Source of the DNA: Microcoleaceae cyanobacterium
Lineage (GTDB): Bacteria; Cyanobacteriota; Cyanobacteriia; Cyanobacteriales; Microcoleaceae
Direction: 5' to 3'
Length of the DNA stretch: 64,000 nucleotides
NCBI GenBank assembly: GCA_051652765.1
Contig: JBOFUV010000131.1
Span: 1-64,000 of the forward strand
Notes under the pieces: generated by a model
The model's input: only the letters and a program-made list of their open reading frames with translations
Databases searched by the model: none
Told to the model about the DNA's origin: nothing
Position numbers and translations under genes: made by a program
Shown: in pieces, positions 18,482-28,639 of the stretch
Layout of the letters: the number at the start of each line of letters is the position of its first letter
Position numbering within the stretch: position 1 is the stretch's first letter

Positions 18482-19174
18482 ATGTCAACACTATTAATTG
18501 CTGCAACTGATACAGCAGTGGGAAAGACCGTTTTAACAACAGCGTTAGTTGCCTATTGGCAAACGTACTATTCTTCCCAAAAGCTGGGAGTCATGAAACT
18601 AATTCAATCTGGTGTTGGCGATCGGGAACTCTATCAAGAATTATTCACTCTAGATCAATCCCTGGAAGAGATTAACCCACTCTATTTTTCAGCTCCTTTT
18701 GCTCCTCCAATTGCAGCACAGCAAGAAGGTCGAACTGTCGATCTAGCAAAGGTTTGGTCAGCATTCCAAAAGTTAAAATCTCAGCGAGATCTGGTGCTGC
18801 TTGAAGCCTTGGGAGGATTGGGATCTCCGATTACCGAAGAATTAGTTGTTGCAGACCTAGCACGGGATTGGAATCTGCCTACGGTACTGGTTGTGCCTGT
18901 GAAGTTAGGCGCAATTGGTCAGGCCGTGGCGAACGTTGCCCTAGCCCGTCAAATGAAGGTAAACTTAGTTGGAATTGTGTTGAATTGTGTAGAACCTTGT
19001 GCTGAGGGAGAGATGAAGAATTGGACACCGATTCCCTTAATTCAATCGTTAACTCAAACCCGAATTTTAGGAATTTTGCCGCACTTGGAAAATTTCAAAG
19101 ACTTGTCTCAATTAGCGAAAAGTGCAGCAAATTTAGACCTGGAATTTCTCTTGCCCTTACGAGCAGCGAGTTAA
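18482..19174 (+). CDS. bioD: Dethiobiotin synthase
   Basis: ATDTAVGKT, APPIAA, EALGGLGSP, VKLGAIGQAVAN. Confidence 0.93.
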   Translation: MSTLLIAATDTAVGKTVLTTALVAYWQTYYSSQKLGVMKLIQSGVGDRELYQELFTLDQSLEEINPLYFSAPFAPPIAAQQEGRTVDLAKVWSAFQKLKSQRDLVLLEALGGLGSPITEELVVADLARDWNLPTVLVVPVKLGAIGQAVANVALARQMKVNLVGIVLNCVEPCAEGEMKNWTPIPLIQSLTQTRILGILPHLENFKDLSQLAKSAANLDLEFLLPLRAAS

Positions 19175-19332
19175 TCTATTGCAATCAGGAATGATTGATC
19201 AGAAGAGGGTAGAGGGGCGCTGCCTCTCCTTTAGGACGAAGTCCCCAAACCCCCATAGTTTTCTCATGATTGATTTAGGATTGCTAGATGAAATACTTAA
19301 TATCAAATATCTAAATATTTGCGACTTTGTTA

Positions 19333-19974
19333 TTATCCTTCATTTTCACAGGTGAAAACGACTTTATACAGATGAAATTCATTTTCGGCAATGCCTTGCC
19401 AGTAGGGAGCATCTGAACCAAAACCTGGCTTTTTCCTAAGGTCTTCAATTGCTTCGCGATCGCGCCATTGACCATAGTTAATCACCCGAGTTCCATCTAA
19501 ACTGCGGTGGAAATTGGCTGAAATCAATCCCTCCAATTCCATTGCAGGCCCAATATGGGCTTTTGCCAGTTCAACCATCCGGGGTTGATGCGCTGGAGTC
19601 ATGGAAAATTCGGCAATATGAACAATGTATTCCTCTGGCCGAATCTGGGGAGTGCCGACTTTAGATTCAGAAGCCACGATTTCGTAGACATGGAGATCGG
19701 GTTGACCGAATTGTCGCAGCGTTTCAGCTTGAGCTTGTGCCTCCGAATTGTTCAGAAATGTTTGATAATCTTCTAAGCTTCTCCACTGGGCATAATTTGC
19801 AACTTTCTGACCATCAAAGCTTTGATGCAAACTAGCAGAAACAAAACCCGGTTGTTGTTTAACAATTTTTAGAAACGCCTTGATAGTTTCAATCAATTCC
19901 TGTTGTTTTCTAGGAGTAACATTAAACAGGATGATCACTGTTGTCAGTTCATTTTGAGTTGCAAGGGTAGGCAT
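19333..19974 (-). CDS. Antibiotic biosynthesis monooxygenase family protein (two ABM domains)
   Basis: Duplicated motif PGFVSASLHQSFDGQKVANYAQW / EGLISANFHRSLDGTRVINYGQW; AGGAG RBS. Confidence 0.85.
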   Translation of the reverse strand: MPTLATQNELTTVIILFNVTPRKQQELIETIKAFLKIVKQQPGFVSASLHQSFDGQKVANYAQWRSLEDYQTFLNNSEAQAQAETLRQFGQPDLHVYEIVASESKVGTPQIRPEEYIVHIAEFSMTPAHQPRMVELAKAHIGPAMELEGLISANFHRSLDGTRVINYGQWRDREAIEDLRKKPGFGSDAPYWQGIAENEFHLYKVVFTCENEG

Positions 19975-20198
19975 GAATGATCTCCTGATGTTGTAAACGT
20001 CAGAATCTTAGCGTTCTGAACGATGGTATTGAAGGGATGCCACAGACTTTGTTAAACTCTCACCCAAAGTCATGATGAGTTGATCTAAATTAGAGTAATT
20101 GATATTAGATTTGGCTTGTCATCCGATGACGCTGTCTGCAATTGACGCTGTCTTCAAGGCCAACCGATAGGTTCTCGGAGGTTTCAGAAGTTTTGTGA

Positions 20199-20522
20199 CT
20201 AAAACTCGTTGACGTTAGAGATTACATCCAAATGATCGGGCTGATCCCCGGCTTGGACACCTAGGACTAATCCTTTTAAGTACAAATTCCCCTCATCATA
20301 CTGGAGATAAAGCTGCCAAGCCCCTCGATTGTCAATGTTCGCACTGTAGATAATTGGCCAAAGTCCCTTAACTCGTCTCAGGTTGGTTTTTGGAAACTGT
20401 TTTTTCTCAAAGCATTCAGGGGTTTCCAACTCAGCTAAAACCTCTAAAAATCGAAAGCGAAGAGAGTCTGGCAGATTTCTAACTGCCTTTCGAATAATTT
20501 CTTGATTATCAATTAAGGTCAT
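20199..20522 (-). CDS. Hypothetical protein, possibly RelE/ParE-like fold
   Basis: 107 aa; AGGGAG RBS; helix-helix then LRRVKG..IYSANID..WQLYLQY beta-strand pattern. Confidence 0.6.
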   Translation of the reverse strand: MTLIDNQEIIRKAVRNLPDSLRFRFLEVLAELETPECFEKKQFPKTNLRRVKGLWPIIYSANIDNRGAWQLYLQYDEGNLYLKGLVLGVQAGDQPDHLDVISNVNEF

Positions 20523-20542
20523 AAATTCTCCCTGTTTTTGAT

Positions 20543-20905
20543 CTAGTCTGGAACTTTTTTATAGAGCAATTCTCCAACTTGCTTATAGGCAGAAGCCACA
20601 TCTTGACTGTGGATATTAATCACCCGAAATAGGGTGATTGATGTATGCTCAAAGATCGGATCTTCATCAATTGCCAAGATGACTCGAATATAGTAATTGA
20701 CAATAAATGAATACAGCGATGAGCCATAATCATTTGTAAAGCTAAATTGATAAAACTGATGTAAGCGCCTTTCTTGAATTAACTTTTGAGTCAGCAGCAG
20801 AGGAGAAGCTTGATGAAGTTCATCTAGAATCACTTTTTGCTCTGCACTACTGAATGTTGTTAGATCTTGTTCGAATTCACCTGTTGATTCAAATACAATT
20901 TCCAT
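20543..20905 (-). CDS. Hypothetical protein, possibly RelE/ParE-like fold
   Basis: MEIVFESTGEFEQDL...SLYSFIV..IRVILAIDED...ITLFRV pattern. Alternative start at 20941. Confidence 0.65.
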   Translation of the reverse strand: MEIVFESTGEFEQDLTTFSSAEQKVILDELHQASPLLLTQKLIQERRLHQFYQFSFTNDYGSSLYSFIVNYYIRVILAIDEDPIFEHTSITLFRVINIHSQDVASAYKQVGELLYKKVPD

Positions 20906-20984
20906 GACAGATTGGTTTTGGTAGAGATCTCTCAACTGCATTAAGGATTAATATATCTGTGAAATTAACGTTAAGATCACTCAT

Positions 20985-21506
20985 TCAGTAGGGCCAAGTT
21001 GTGACTAGAAATACGACAACAGCGGCGATCGCCAAGGCCCCCTCAATTAAGTTGCCGACTAGGGTTCCAACAATGATTCCAATTCCAGCTTGAAAGGCTA
21101 TTTTAATTCTAGGGCCAAATGCCAGATTTCTACGATATAGGAATTCACCAATGACTGCACCAATTAAGGGGCCGATAATCATTCCCAACAAAGGGCCACC
21201 AAAGGGCAAGGCTGGCAACATGCCGAAGAATCCTAAGATAAACCCGATAACGGCTCCAATTTGTCCCCAGTGACTTGCTCCTGCTTGCTTTGCCCCCACG
21301 TAGCTGCTGAGAAACTCAATGCCAATGCTCAGGAGAAAAACGGCGATCGCAACCCCTACGGGCCACCCTAAGCCTGTAAATCCATTCACTAAACCCCAAA
21401 TTAAAACGGCTCCTAAAATCAAGCTTGAACCTGGTAGGGCTGGAACTACAGCTCCAACAATTCCCACCAACATGACCAAGACTAATAGCCAATAGAGAAC
21501 AATCAT
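20985..21506 (-). CDS. DUF456 family membrane protein
   Basis: GAVVPALPG, GAKQAGASHWGQIGA, GPLIGAVIGE. Confidence 0.85.
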   Translation of the reverse strand: MIVLYWLLVLVMLVGIVGAVVPALPGSSLILGAVLIWGLVNGFTGLGWPVGVAIAVFLLSIGIEFLSSYVGAKQAGASHWGQIGAVIGFILGFFGMLPALPFGGPLLGMIIGPLIGAVIGEFLYRRNLAFGPRIKIAFQAGIGIIVGTLVGNLIEGALAIAAVVVFLVTTWPY

Positions 21507-21618
21507 GGTTTGATTTTTGACAAACTACTCGATTAAAGGATACAAAGTTTTTGGACAGAATTCCTGATTTGTCCTCTCCACCTCAGTAATGCAGTTTACC
21601 TGGAGCATGGAGCTTCGT

Positions 21619-22272
21619 CTAACGTTCCAAGGTATTGGCGAGTTTATCTGCAATTTCTGCAATCCAATTTTCGTCCTGCTGAGTGTAGCTGCGGGGAGCA
21701 TTGGCCGCCAGGATTAAGACTCCTTGATGACCAACAGGCTGGCAGATAATGCCCTGGGTGTTTTCAGGAAAATAGTCAAATTCAATCCGCCCCGGATAGA
21801 GGGCTAGCTTGACCAGATAAATCGGCTTTTGGGTTTGTAGAACCCGCTGGACAATTGGCCCAGGTTTAATTTCTAACGGGTTTTCTCCGGCCTGTTTTCC
21901 TAGGATTCCTCGGCGGAGAAGGACTTGATCTTGATACAGTAAAACAACAGAACGAGTTACCGTGTTCGTCAGTAATGCATGGGAAGCCCAAGCCAGCTCC
22001 GTTTTAACGGCATCAGGCAGATCGGGCGCAAGTATAAATCCTGGTTCACCCATCAGTTCGACGGCATCTGGGGATTTGGGCTGAACCCGTTGCCATAGCA
22101 AACCCACCAGAACCAACAACGCACTCAAAATCACACCCAGGGCATCTGAACGAGCCTGAGAATCGAGCACTTGGGGCGTGAGTACCCGATTGACGAGGAG
22201 TAATGTCCCGCCCACTCCCCCTGCAACTAAGGGAAGTAAGCGCACGATTCGATTGGGGTCAGACTTGGCCAT
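21619..22272 (-). CDS. Cofactor assembly of complex C subunit B (CCB2/CCB4 family, GAF-like C-terminus)
   Basis: SQARSDALGV, ELAWASHALLTNT, LYPGRIEFDY, PRSYTQQDENW; adjacent to rpaB. Confidence 0.8.
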   Translation of the reverse strand: MAKSDPNRIVRLLPLVAGGVGGTLLLVNRVLTPQVLDSQARSDALGVILSALLVLVGLLWQRVQPKSPDAVELMGEPGFILAPDLPDAVKTELAWASHALLTNTVTRSVVLLYQDQVLLRRGILGKQAGENPLEIKPGPIVQRVLQTQKPIYLVKLALYPGRIEFDYFPENTQGIICQPVGHQGVLILAANAPRSYTQQDENWIAEIADKLANTLER

Positions 22273-22308
22273 GATCAAAGAACGCTATCTAATCATTACG
22301 ACTAATTG

Positions 22309-23043
22309 CTATCCAACAATTTCGCCCAGTTCAATGATCCGCTGAAATAAATAGCCCGTACCACGAGCAGTCAAAATTAATTCAGGGTTGCTTGGATCTT
22401 CTTCCAGCTTGGCTCGCAATCTAGAAATATGAACATCGACCACGCGGGTATCTACATGACGTTCAGGGGTATAGCCCCAAACTTCCTGTAAAATCTCAGA
22501 CCGAGAGAAGGGCTCACCCGATCGGCTCACCAGCAGTTCTAACAGACTAAACTCCATCCCCGTCAAGCGAATCCGTTCATCGCCCTTATAGACTTGGCGT
22601 CTATTCGTATCAATTCTGATGCTGCTGACCTGAATCACCCCAGAACTAGGAATTCCGGACGTACCATTCTTGTCAATCCGCCGCAGCACAGAGCGAATTC
22701 GCGCCTCCAATTCCTTCGGGGAGAAGGGCTTGACAACGTAATCATCGGCCCCCAGTTCCAGACCTGTAATTCGATCAGCCACGTCTCCCAGGGCCGTCAG
22801 CATGATGATCGGAATATCAGATTCCTTCCGGAGTTCTTGACAAACGCCGTAGCCATCTAGTTTAGGCATCATCACATCTAGTACAACTAAGTCCGGGTCA
22901 GTTTTGCGAAAGGTGTCCAGGGCCTCCTCTCCATCAGCCGCTGTAACCACTTCATAACCAATCATCGACAAACGAGTTTCCAAAATCCGGCGGATACTGG
23001 CTTCATCATCAACAACCAGGATTCTTTCTTTATGACTGTCCAA
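22309..23043 (-). CDS. rpaB: OmpR-family response regulator RpaB (Ycf27)
   Basis: ILVVDDEASIRRILETRLSMIGY...WGYTPERHVDTRVVDVHISRLRAKLEEDPSNPELILTARGTGY; TTG start with AGGAG RBS. Confidence 0.96.
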   Translation of the reverse strand: MDSHKERILVVDDEASIRRILETRLSMIGYEVVTAADGEEALDTFRKTDPDLVVLDVMMPKLDGYGVCQELRKESDIPIIMLTALGDVADRITGLELGADDYVVKPFSPKELEARIRSVLRRIDKNGTSGIPSSGVIQVSSIRIDTNRRQVYKGDERIRLTGMEFSLLELLVSRSGEPFSRSEILQEVWGYTPERHVDTRVVDVHISRLRAKLEEDPSNPELILTARGTGYLFQRIIELGEIVG

Positions 23044-23638
23044 GTGCCTCAGCGCTCCTTCAATAAAAAATAGTGTAACAACTTTTTACAGAACTTTATA
23101 GAACTTCAACCCGATCGATCCCTAATTTCAACGAGCTTGTATTAGGTTCCTAGTCTATAAGTGAATTATTATTGTAGCTTCACTTTGCTTGACAATTTGA
23201 TTTATTCTTTTACCTTATCATTAAGGTTAAGTAAGAAAGTTTCCAATTTCGTTAAGATTAGATACGATCTTCACCGGAGAATGGCTCTGAATGAGAGGTG
23301 CAAAGTTGGAGTGTTAGCAACCTGCTGACAAGGGTAAGATACTTCTGCTGCACTCTCTGAATTCAAATCGGATTGTGATACGTTAGAGCATGAAATGAAC
23401 ATGGCCTGGGATAAACCTTAGAGTCAGTTCAAGAGCCTGAGGTCTGGAATTTTTTTTAAAAGTTATATTTTTTTAACGGCTACGCTTCCAGGTTTATCTT
23501 TATCTCTATTTTATCTCTTGAATTTATCTGTTGAACGACTAGGATTTGACTCGGCTGAGCTGTATCTTCTCTTTTGGTCTTCCCATTTTCAGGATGTTCT
23601 GGTTTGTTTTCCCTGTTTTTGACCTGGTACAATTGACA

Positions 23639-25255
23639 ATGCCAAAATCTCGAACATTTTACGCTTGTCAAGAATGTGGCAATGATTTTCCACAATATTT
23701 CGGTCGATGTCCAAGTTGTCATGCCTGGAACTCCCTACAGGAACAACTTGAACAGCCAACAGCAACCGCCCTTCCACGCACGAGTTGGAGCACAATTCCT
23801 GTAGAGCGACCGGGGCATCCGCGTGAAGATCGGGACAACCAGGACTTAATCGGTCAACCTAGGGCCGCTTACAAACTCTCGGAAGTTTCTGATCAGGGTC
23901 AGTCTCGACGGTCTTCTGGGTTTGAAGAACTGGATCGGGTTTTAGGCGGGGGCATTGTTCCGGGTTCCCTAGTTTTGATTGGGGGTGAACCGGGAATTGG
24001 GAAATCAACCCTCTTGCTTCAGGTGGCGAATTGCTTATCTCTGAGCGCCCGCGTCCTCTATGTCTCCGCTGAGGAATCGGCCCAACAGATCAAACTCCGA
24101 GCCCAGCGATTGGGGGTGGGACTCATCTCCTCTCGTGAACCCTCTCCTGAACACCCCTCTAAACCAACCCACAATCATCAGGAATCACTGCTTGGAGAGG
24201 ATCTTGCTGAGGAATTGCCTGTTGCTCAAGATCACCCTCAAGGCCAACGTTCCCGAACTGAACGTTCCGCTCCTGAACCGTTTCAGGCTGATCCTGAACT
24301 TTATCTGCTGCCCGAAACAGATTTAGAGGTGATTCTCCGAGAATTAGAATCCCTCAAGCCCCAACTGGCCGTGATTGACAGTATTCAGACCATTTACTTT
24401 GCCAGTTTAGCCTCGGCTCCGGGTTCAGTCGCTCAAGTGCGGGAGTGTACCTCTGCCCTCATGCAGGTCGCCAAACGAGAAAATATTACCCTGTTTTTGG
24501 TCGGCCATGTGACCAAGGATGGATTGTTGGCAGGGCCAAGAGTGCTTGAACATTTAGTCGATACGGTGCTTTATTTTGAGGGCGATCGCTTTGCGGCTCA
24601 TCGTTTGTTGCGATCGATGAAAAATCGGTTTGGGGCCACTCATGAAATTGGCGTGTTTGAGATGGTGGCTGAAGGATTGAAGGAAGTGCCTAATCCGTCA
24701 GAATTGTTTCTGGGCAGTCGAGACGATTTTGCCCCTGGAACCGCGACAGTTGTTGCCGTTGAAGGAACGCGCCCGATTGTCGTTGAGGTGCAAGCCCTAG
24801 TCAGCCCCACGAGCTATGGTTCGGCTCGACGGGCGACAACAGGAGTCGATAACGGTCGGCTGTTGCAAATTTTGGCAGTTTTAGAAAAACGGGTTGGCAT
24901 TCCCCTATCCAAACTGGATGCCTATGTTGCCTCTGTCGGCGGCTTAAGGGTTGATGAACCTGCGGTGGATTTGGGCGTGGCGATCGCCATTGTGGCCAGC
25001 TTTCGCGATCGCGTTGTGGATGCTCACACCGTGCTGATTGGGGAAGTGGGATTAGGGGGCCAAGTTCGCCCCGTCTCCCAGTTGGAATTGCGGCTGAGGG
25101 AAGCGACCAAACTCGGATTCAAGCGGGCAATTGTACCTAAGGGCCAACTGCCTACGGGCCTTGAAATTGAAATTGTCCCGGTGAATAAAGTTCTGGATGC
25201 TATTGTGGCAGCGATGCCTGTTCATCCTGAAACAGCGAACTCCCACAACAACTAA
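23639..25255 (+). CDS. radA: DNA repair protein RadA/Sms
   Basis: CQECG...CPSCHAWN Zn finger, GGEPGIGKST, IDSIQT, KNRFG, EVGLGG. Start MPKSR at 23639. Confidence 0.95.
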   Translation: MPKSRTFYACQECGNDFPQYFGRCPSCHAWNSLQEQLEQPTATALPRTSWSTIPVERPGHPREDRDNQDLIGQPRAAYKLSEVSDQGQSRRSSGFEELDRVLGGGIVPGSLVLIGGEPGIGKSTLLLQVANCLSLSARVLYVSAEESAQQIKLRAQRLGVGLISSREPSPEHPSKPTHNHQESLLGEDLAEELPVAQDHPQGQRSRTERSAPEPFQADPELYLLPETDLEVILRELESLKPQLAVIDSIQTIYFASLASAPGSVAQVRECTSALMQVAKRENITLFLVGHVTKDGLLAGPRVLEHLVDTVLYFEGDRFAAHRLLRSMKNRFGATHEIGVFEMVAEGLKEVPNPSELFLGSRDDFAPGTATVVAVEGTRPIVVEVQALVSPTSYGSARRATTGVDNGRLLQILAVLEKRVGIPLSKLDAYVASVGGLRVDEPAVDLGVAIAIVASFRDRVVDAHTVLIGEVGLGGQVRPVSQLELRLREATKLGFKRAIVPKGQLPTGLEIEIVPVNKVLDAIVAAMPVHPETANSHNN

Positions 25256-25264
25256 TCCCTGGAC

Positions 25265-26026
25265 ATGAAGCCTCAGTTTCTAATTCTTGGTGCCCAAAAA
25301 GCAGGAACAAATTCTCTATATCACGCTCTCTGCCAACATCCCCAAATCTTGCCAGCAACGGAAAAAGAAGTTCATTTTTTTACCTTGAACTATGAAAAAG
25401 GATTGGGCTGGTATCAATCCCAATTTCCAGTCAGTGCCGAGGGTCGATTACTCGTCAGTGGAGAAGGCACTCCTTACTACCTGTTTCATCCCTGCGTGCC
25501 TCAACGGGTCTCTCAAGACTTCCCAAACATCAAGCTGATTGTCTTGCTCCGAAATCCCGTGGAACGAGCCATTTCTCATTACTACATGGAAGTCAAGCTG
25601 GGATATGAATCCTTACCGTTGGAGGAGGCGATCGCCCAAGAAACCCATCGTTTGCAAGGGGAAGCTGAACAATTGCTAGCTCACCCCAGTCACTATAGCT
25701 ATAGCCATCAACATTACAGCTATTTGGCGCGAGGAATCTATGCCGATCAGTTGCAGGCTTGGTTTCGTTATTTTCCCCAGCATCAATTTTTAATTCTAGA
25801 CAGTCAAACCTTTTACACTCAACCTGCCAAAACGTTGGATCAAGTCTTTCGGTTTTTAGGCGTGCCCAGCTATCGGCTCTCTTACCACAAGAAGTATAAT
25901 GCAGGCAATTATCCAGCCGTTGCTTTTAGGATGCGTCAGCATCTGACAGACTATTTCAAGCCCCATAATCAGCGGCTGAAGATGTTGTTAGGTCAAGTGT
26001 TTAGCTGGGACATTGAGTCGGAGTGA
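25265..26026 (+). CDS. Sulfotransferase (Sulfotransfer_1, heparan 3-O-sulfotransferase-like)
   Basis: 5'-PSB motif GAQKAGT, KEVHFF, GEGTPYY, 3'-PB motif LRNPVERAISHY, YFKPHNQRL. Confidence 0.9.
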   Translation: MKPQFLILGAQKAGTNSLYHALCQHPQILPATEKEVHFFTLNYEKGLGWYQSQFPVSAEGRLLVSGEGTPYYLFHPCVPQRVSQDFPNIKLIVLLRNPVERAISHYYMEVKLGYESLPLEEAIAQETHRLQGEAEQLLAHPSHYSYSHQHYSYLARGIYADQLQAWFRYFPQHQFLILDSQTFYTQPAKTLDQVFRFLGVPSYRLSYHKKYNAGNYPAVAFRMRQHLTDYFKPHNQRLKMLLGQVFSWDIESE

Positions 26027-26772
26027 AGCCTGTGAAGATTGATTACGAGGGCGCGTGGGATGAGTATATCTCGAACTGGCAAAGCCAGAATCCAGGGGAA
26101 ATTCATCCGGGAGATGAGTGGATTGGGGCCGCCGCCGGAGCAGCCCAGTCTTTGGCAGAGTATGAAGCGCTGATTGAACAGAAATTTATTACGCCCTACA
26201 TTAACCCCAATCACACAGTGCTAGAAATTGGCATTGGGGGTGGGAAAACGGCAGCTCTGTTGTTGAACGCTTGCAACCGTTTGATCTGTGCCGATATTTC
26301 CCAACAAATGCTGGCAACCACTCAAGCTCGTTTGGGCTCGGAACGGGTGAGTTATGTCAAGCTAGATGGGCTAAGGTTAGCGGGAATTGCCCCTAGCTCT
26401 GTCGATGTTTGTTTTTGCTATGACACGATGGTGCATATTGAACCCAGGGATATTTTTAACTACCTGACCCAAATTCCTGGGTTATTGCGGGGCGATCGCC
26501 TCTGCCTATTTCATCACACCAATATTCTGAGTGAGTTGGGGTGGCAAAAATTTTTAAAGGATTGGGATAAAAATCTATTAGGCCAGCGTCATGGCACGGC
26601 ATTCTCAGTCATGACGGATCAGATTATGGAAAAATTTCTTAGTCACTTAAACTACGAAGTGCTACACAAAGATACCCAATCAGTTCCTAGGGATTGTGTT
26701 TGGATCTGTCGAGCGCCTTTAGTAAACTCAAATGACTGGATGGGTTTGGATCTCCTCAAACATGAGACTTAA
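26023..26772 (+). CDS. Class I SAM-dependent methyltransferase
   Basis: VLEIGIGGG, ADIS, DVCFCYDTMVH; GTGA overlap with the sulfotransferase. Confidence 0.85.
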   Translation: MKPVKIDYEGAWDEYISNWQSQNPGEIHPGDEWIGAAAGAAQSLAEYEALIEQKFITPYINPNHTVLEIGIGGGKTAALLLNACNRLICADISQQMLATTQARLGSERVSYVKLDGLRLAGIAPSSVDVCFCYDTMVHIEPRDIFNYLTQIPGLLRGDRLCLFHHTNILSELGWQKFLKDWDKNLLGQRHGTAFSVMTDQIMEKFLSHLNYEVLHKDTQSVPRDCVWICRAPLVNSNDWMGLDLLKHET

Positions 26773-26924
26773 ATCCCCCCTGAAATTTTGTGGATTGGGC
26801 ATCTGGTTTGACTAAGATAGCCGGAAAACCATCTCTTAATGATTTTGTTCACAAACCCGAACGGAACCCTTTCAGAGGTATTCTCTGAATCATTACTCTG
26901 AATCATCCAAACCTCTGCGAGATT

Positions 26925-28190
26925 ATGCGAGCGTTATTTCTTCACCCTAACTTTCCAGCTCAATATCGCCATATTATTACTGCCCTCGGCGCTGATCCCA
27001 GTAATCAAGTTGTCTTTGGCACCAAAAATGAACGACCGGAGTGGAGTATTCCCGGTGTTCGTAAAGCCTTGTTCAAGCCGACCCGTGAACCCAGCTCAGA
27101 AACCCACCAATATGTCCGCTCCCTGGAAAGTGCCGTATTGTACGGGCAAGCCGTCTATCGCATCGCAGAACAACTCAAGGCCAAAGGATTTGTTCCCGAT
27201 GTAATCTGTGGCCATTCCGGTTGGGGGCCAACGTTGTTTGTGAAAGAAGCGTTTCCTGATGCGCCGTTGCTCTGCTACTTTGAGTGGTTTTACCATGCCA
27301 AAGGTTCCGATGCTGACTTTGATCCGGCTGAACCCCTCACCATCGATGACATGGCTCGGATTCGGATTAAAAACGCGCCCATTTTGGTTGACCTTTATAC
27401 CTGTGATTGGGGCCTTTCTCCAACGTATTGGCAGCGATCGCAATTTCCTCCAGAACTCCAGACCAAACTTTCGGTCTTGCATGATGGCGTTGATACCAGT
27501 TACTTCGTTCCCAAGCCTGGGGCAAAGCTGGTTTTACCGGATTGTGATCTTTCCCATGTTGATGAACTGGTGACTTATGTCGCGCGGGGTATGGAGCCCT
27601 ATCGAGGCTTTCCTGAATTCATCGAAGCCGTGGCTTATATTCAGGAACGTCGGCCCAACTGTCATGTGGTGGTGGTAGGTTCTGAACGGGTCTGTTATGG
27701 CAAGTCTCTCCCCAATGGGGAGTCTTACAAAGATCACATGCTGAAGAAGATTCCGTTAGATTTGTCTCGAGTTCACTTTGTCGGCCCCTTGCCCTATGGC
27801 CAGTACCTTCAGGTGATTCAAGCGTCGGATGTGCACATTTATTTGACTCGACCCTTTGTTTTATCTTGGTCAATGATTGAGTCCTTGTCAACGGGATGCT
27901 TAGTTGTAGGGTCTGACACCCCTCCGGTGAAGGAGGTGATCGAGGATGGGAAAAACGGCCTACTGGTCGATTTCTTTTCCCCCAAACAAGTTGCTGACCG
28001 GGTGGATGAAGTGTTAGATCATCCCGACCGCATGGCCGAACTCCGAAAACGAGCTAGGGAGACCGTGCTGGAGCGGTACAATCTCTCAGCGTTGCTCTCT
28101 CAGCAATTGCAACTGATCACAGAGGTTGCCAACCGTTGCTTGCCTGCAACCGTTGGTCAGGTTAAAACTATTGGCTTCCCGATGGCCTAA
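26925..28190 (+). CDS. Glycosyltransferase family 4 (Glyco_trans_4_3-type N-terminus)
   Basis: HPNFPAQYRH, GHSGWG, RGMEPYRGF, YLTRPFVLSWSMIE, SDTPPVKEVI. Confidence 0.9.
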   Translation: MRALFLHPNFPAQYRHIITALGADPSNQVVFGTKNERPEWSIPGVRKALFKPTREPSSETHQYVRSLESAVLYGQAVYRIAEQLKAKGFVPDVICGHSGWGPTLFVKEAFPDAPLLCYFEWFYHAKGSDADFDPAEPLTIDDMARIRIKNAPILVDLYTCDWGLSPTYWQRSQFPPELQTKLSVLHDGVDTSYFVPKPGAKLVLPDCDLSHVDELVTYVARGMEPYRGFPEFIEAVAYIQERRPNCHVVVVGSERVCYGKSLPNGESYKDHMLKKIPLDLSRVHFVGPLPYGQYLQVIQASDVHIYLTRPFVLSWSMIESLSTGCLVVGSDTPPVKEVIEDGKNGLLVDFFSPKQVADRVDEVLDHPDRMAELRKRARETVLERYNLSALLSQQLQLITEVANRCLPATVGQVKTIGFPMA

Positions 28191-28639
28191 TCCTCCCTTG
28201 TTACTCTGTTCAGACTGTATAGCTACCCCATCTGATTGGATTCACAATTCTAGATTCACAATTTCAAGAGACCAGTGGTACAACATTCTTGAGCTAATTT
28301 CTTGAGCTGATGTTTTGATCTAATTCTGGGATTTGAGGGGAATCTTGAAGACATGGAACCTTTAAGTCACCCCCTACGTCTAGAATCGCTTGGATACCTC
28401 ATACAATCATTTAGACTGTAATGGCATAAAAGGCAATTAGGGGAAGGATCTCTTGAATTCATCCATAGCTTGCCTCAGGGGTCAAAATAGCCACACTCGC
28501 CTAGTAGACAAGAGTGTAGGCAAGGGACTAGACTTGCTGAGGACAAAAAGGTTAAACTACTGCCGAATAATGTATCTTTTAGGCAGTTTCTTTAGTCCCA
28601 ACGGCTCAGTAATATTTATCGCGGAGGAGTGAAACTAAC

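Noticed and set aside
23075..23089. NtcA site upstream of rpaB (also near 48672 upstream of por)
   Set aside because: GTA-TAC spacing is 9 and 7 nt respectively, not the canonical 8.
24110..24300. About 60-aa insertion in RadA as a possible intein
   Set aside because: No Cys/Ser start, His-Asn end or intein blocks; it is a low-complexity P/E/H-rich loop of the kind seen in cyanobacterial RadA.
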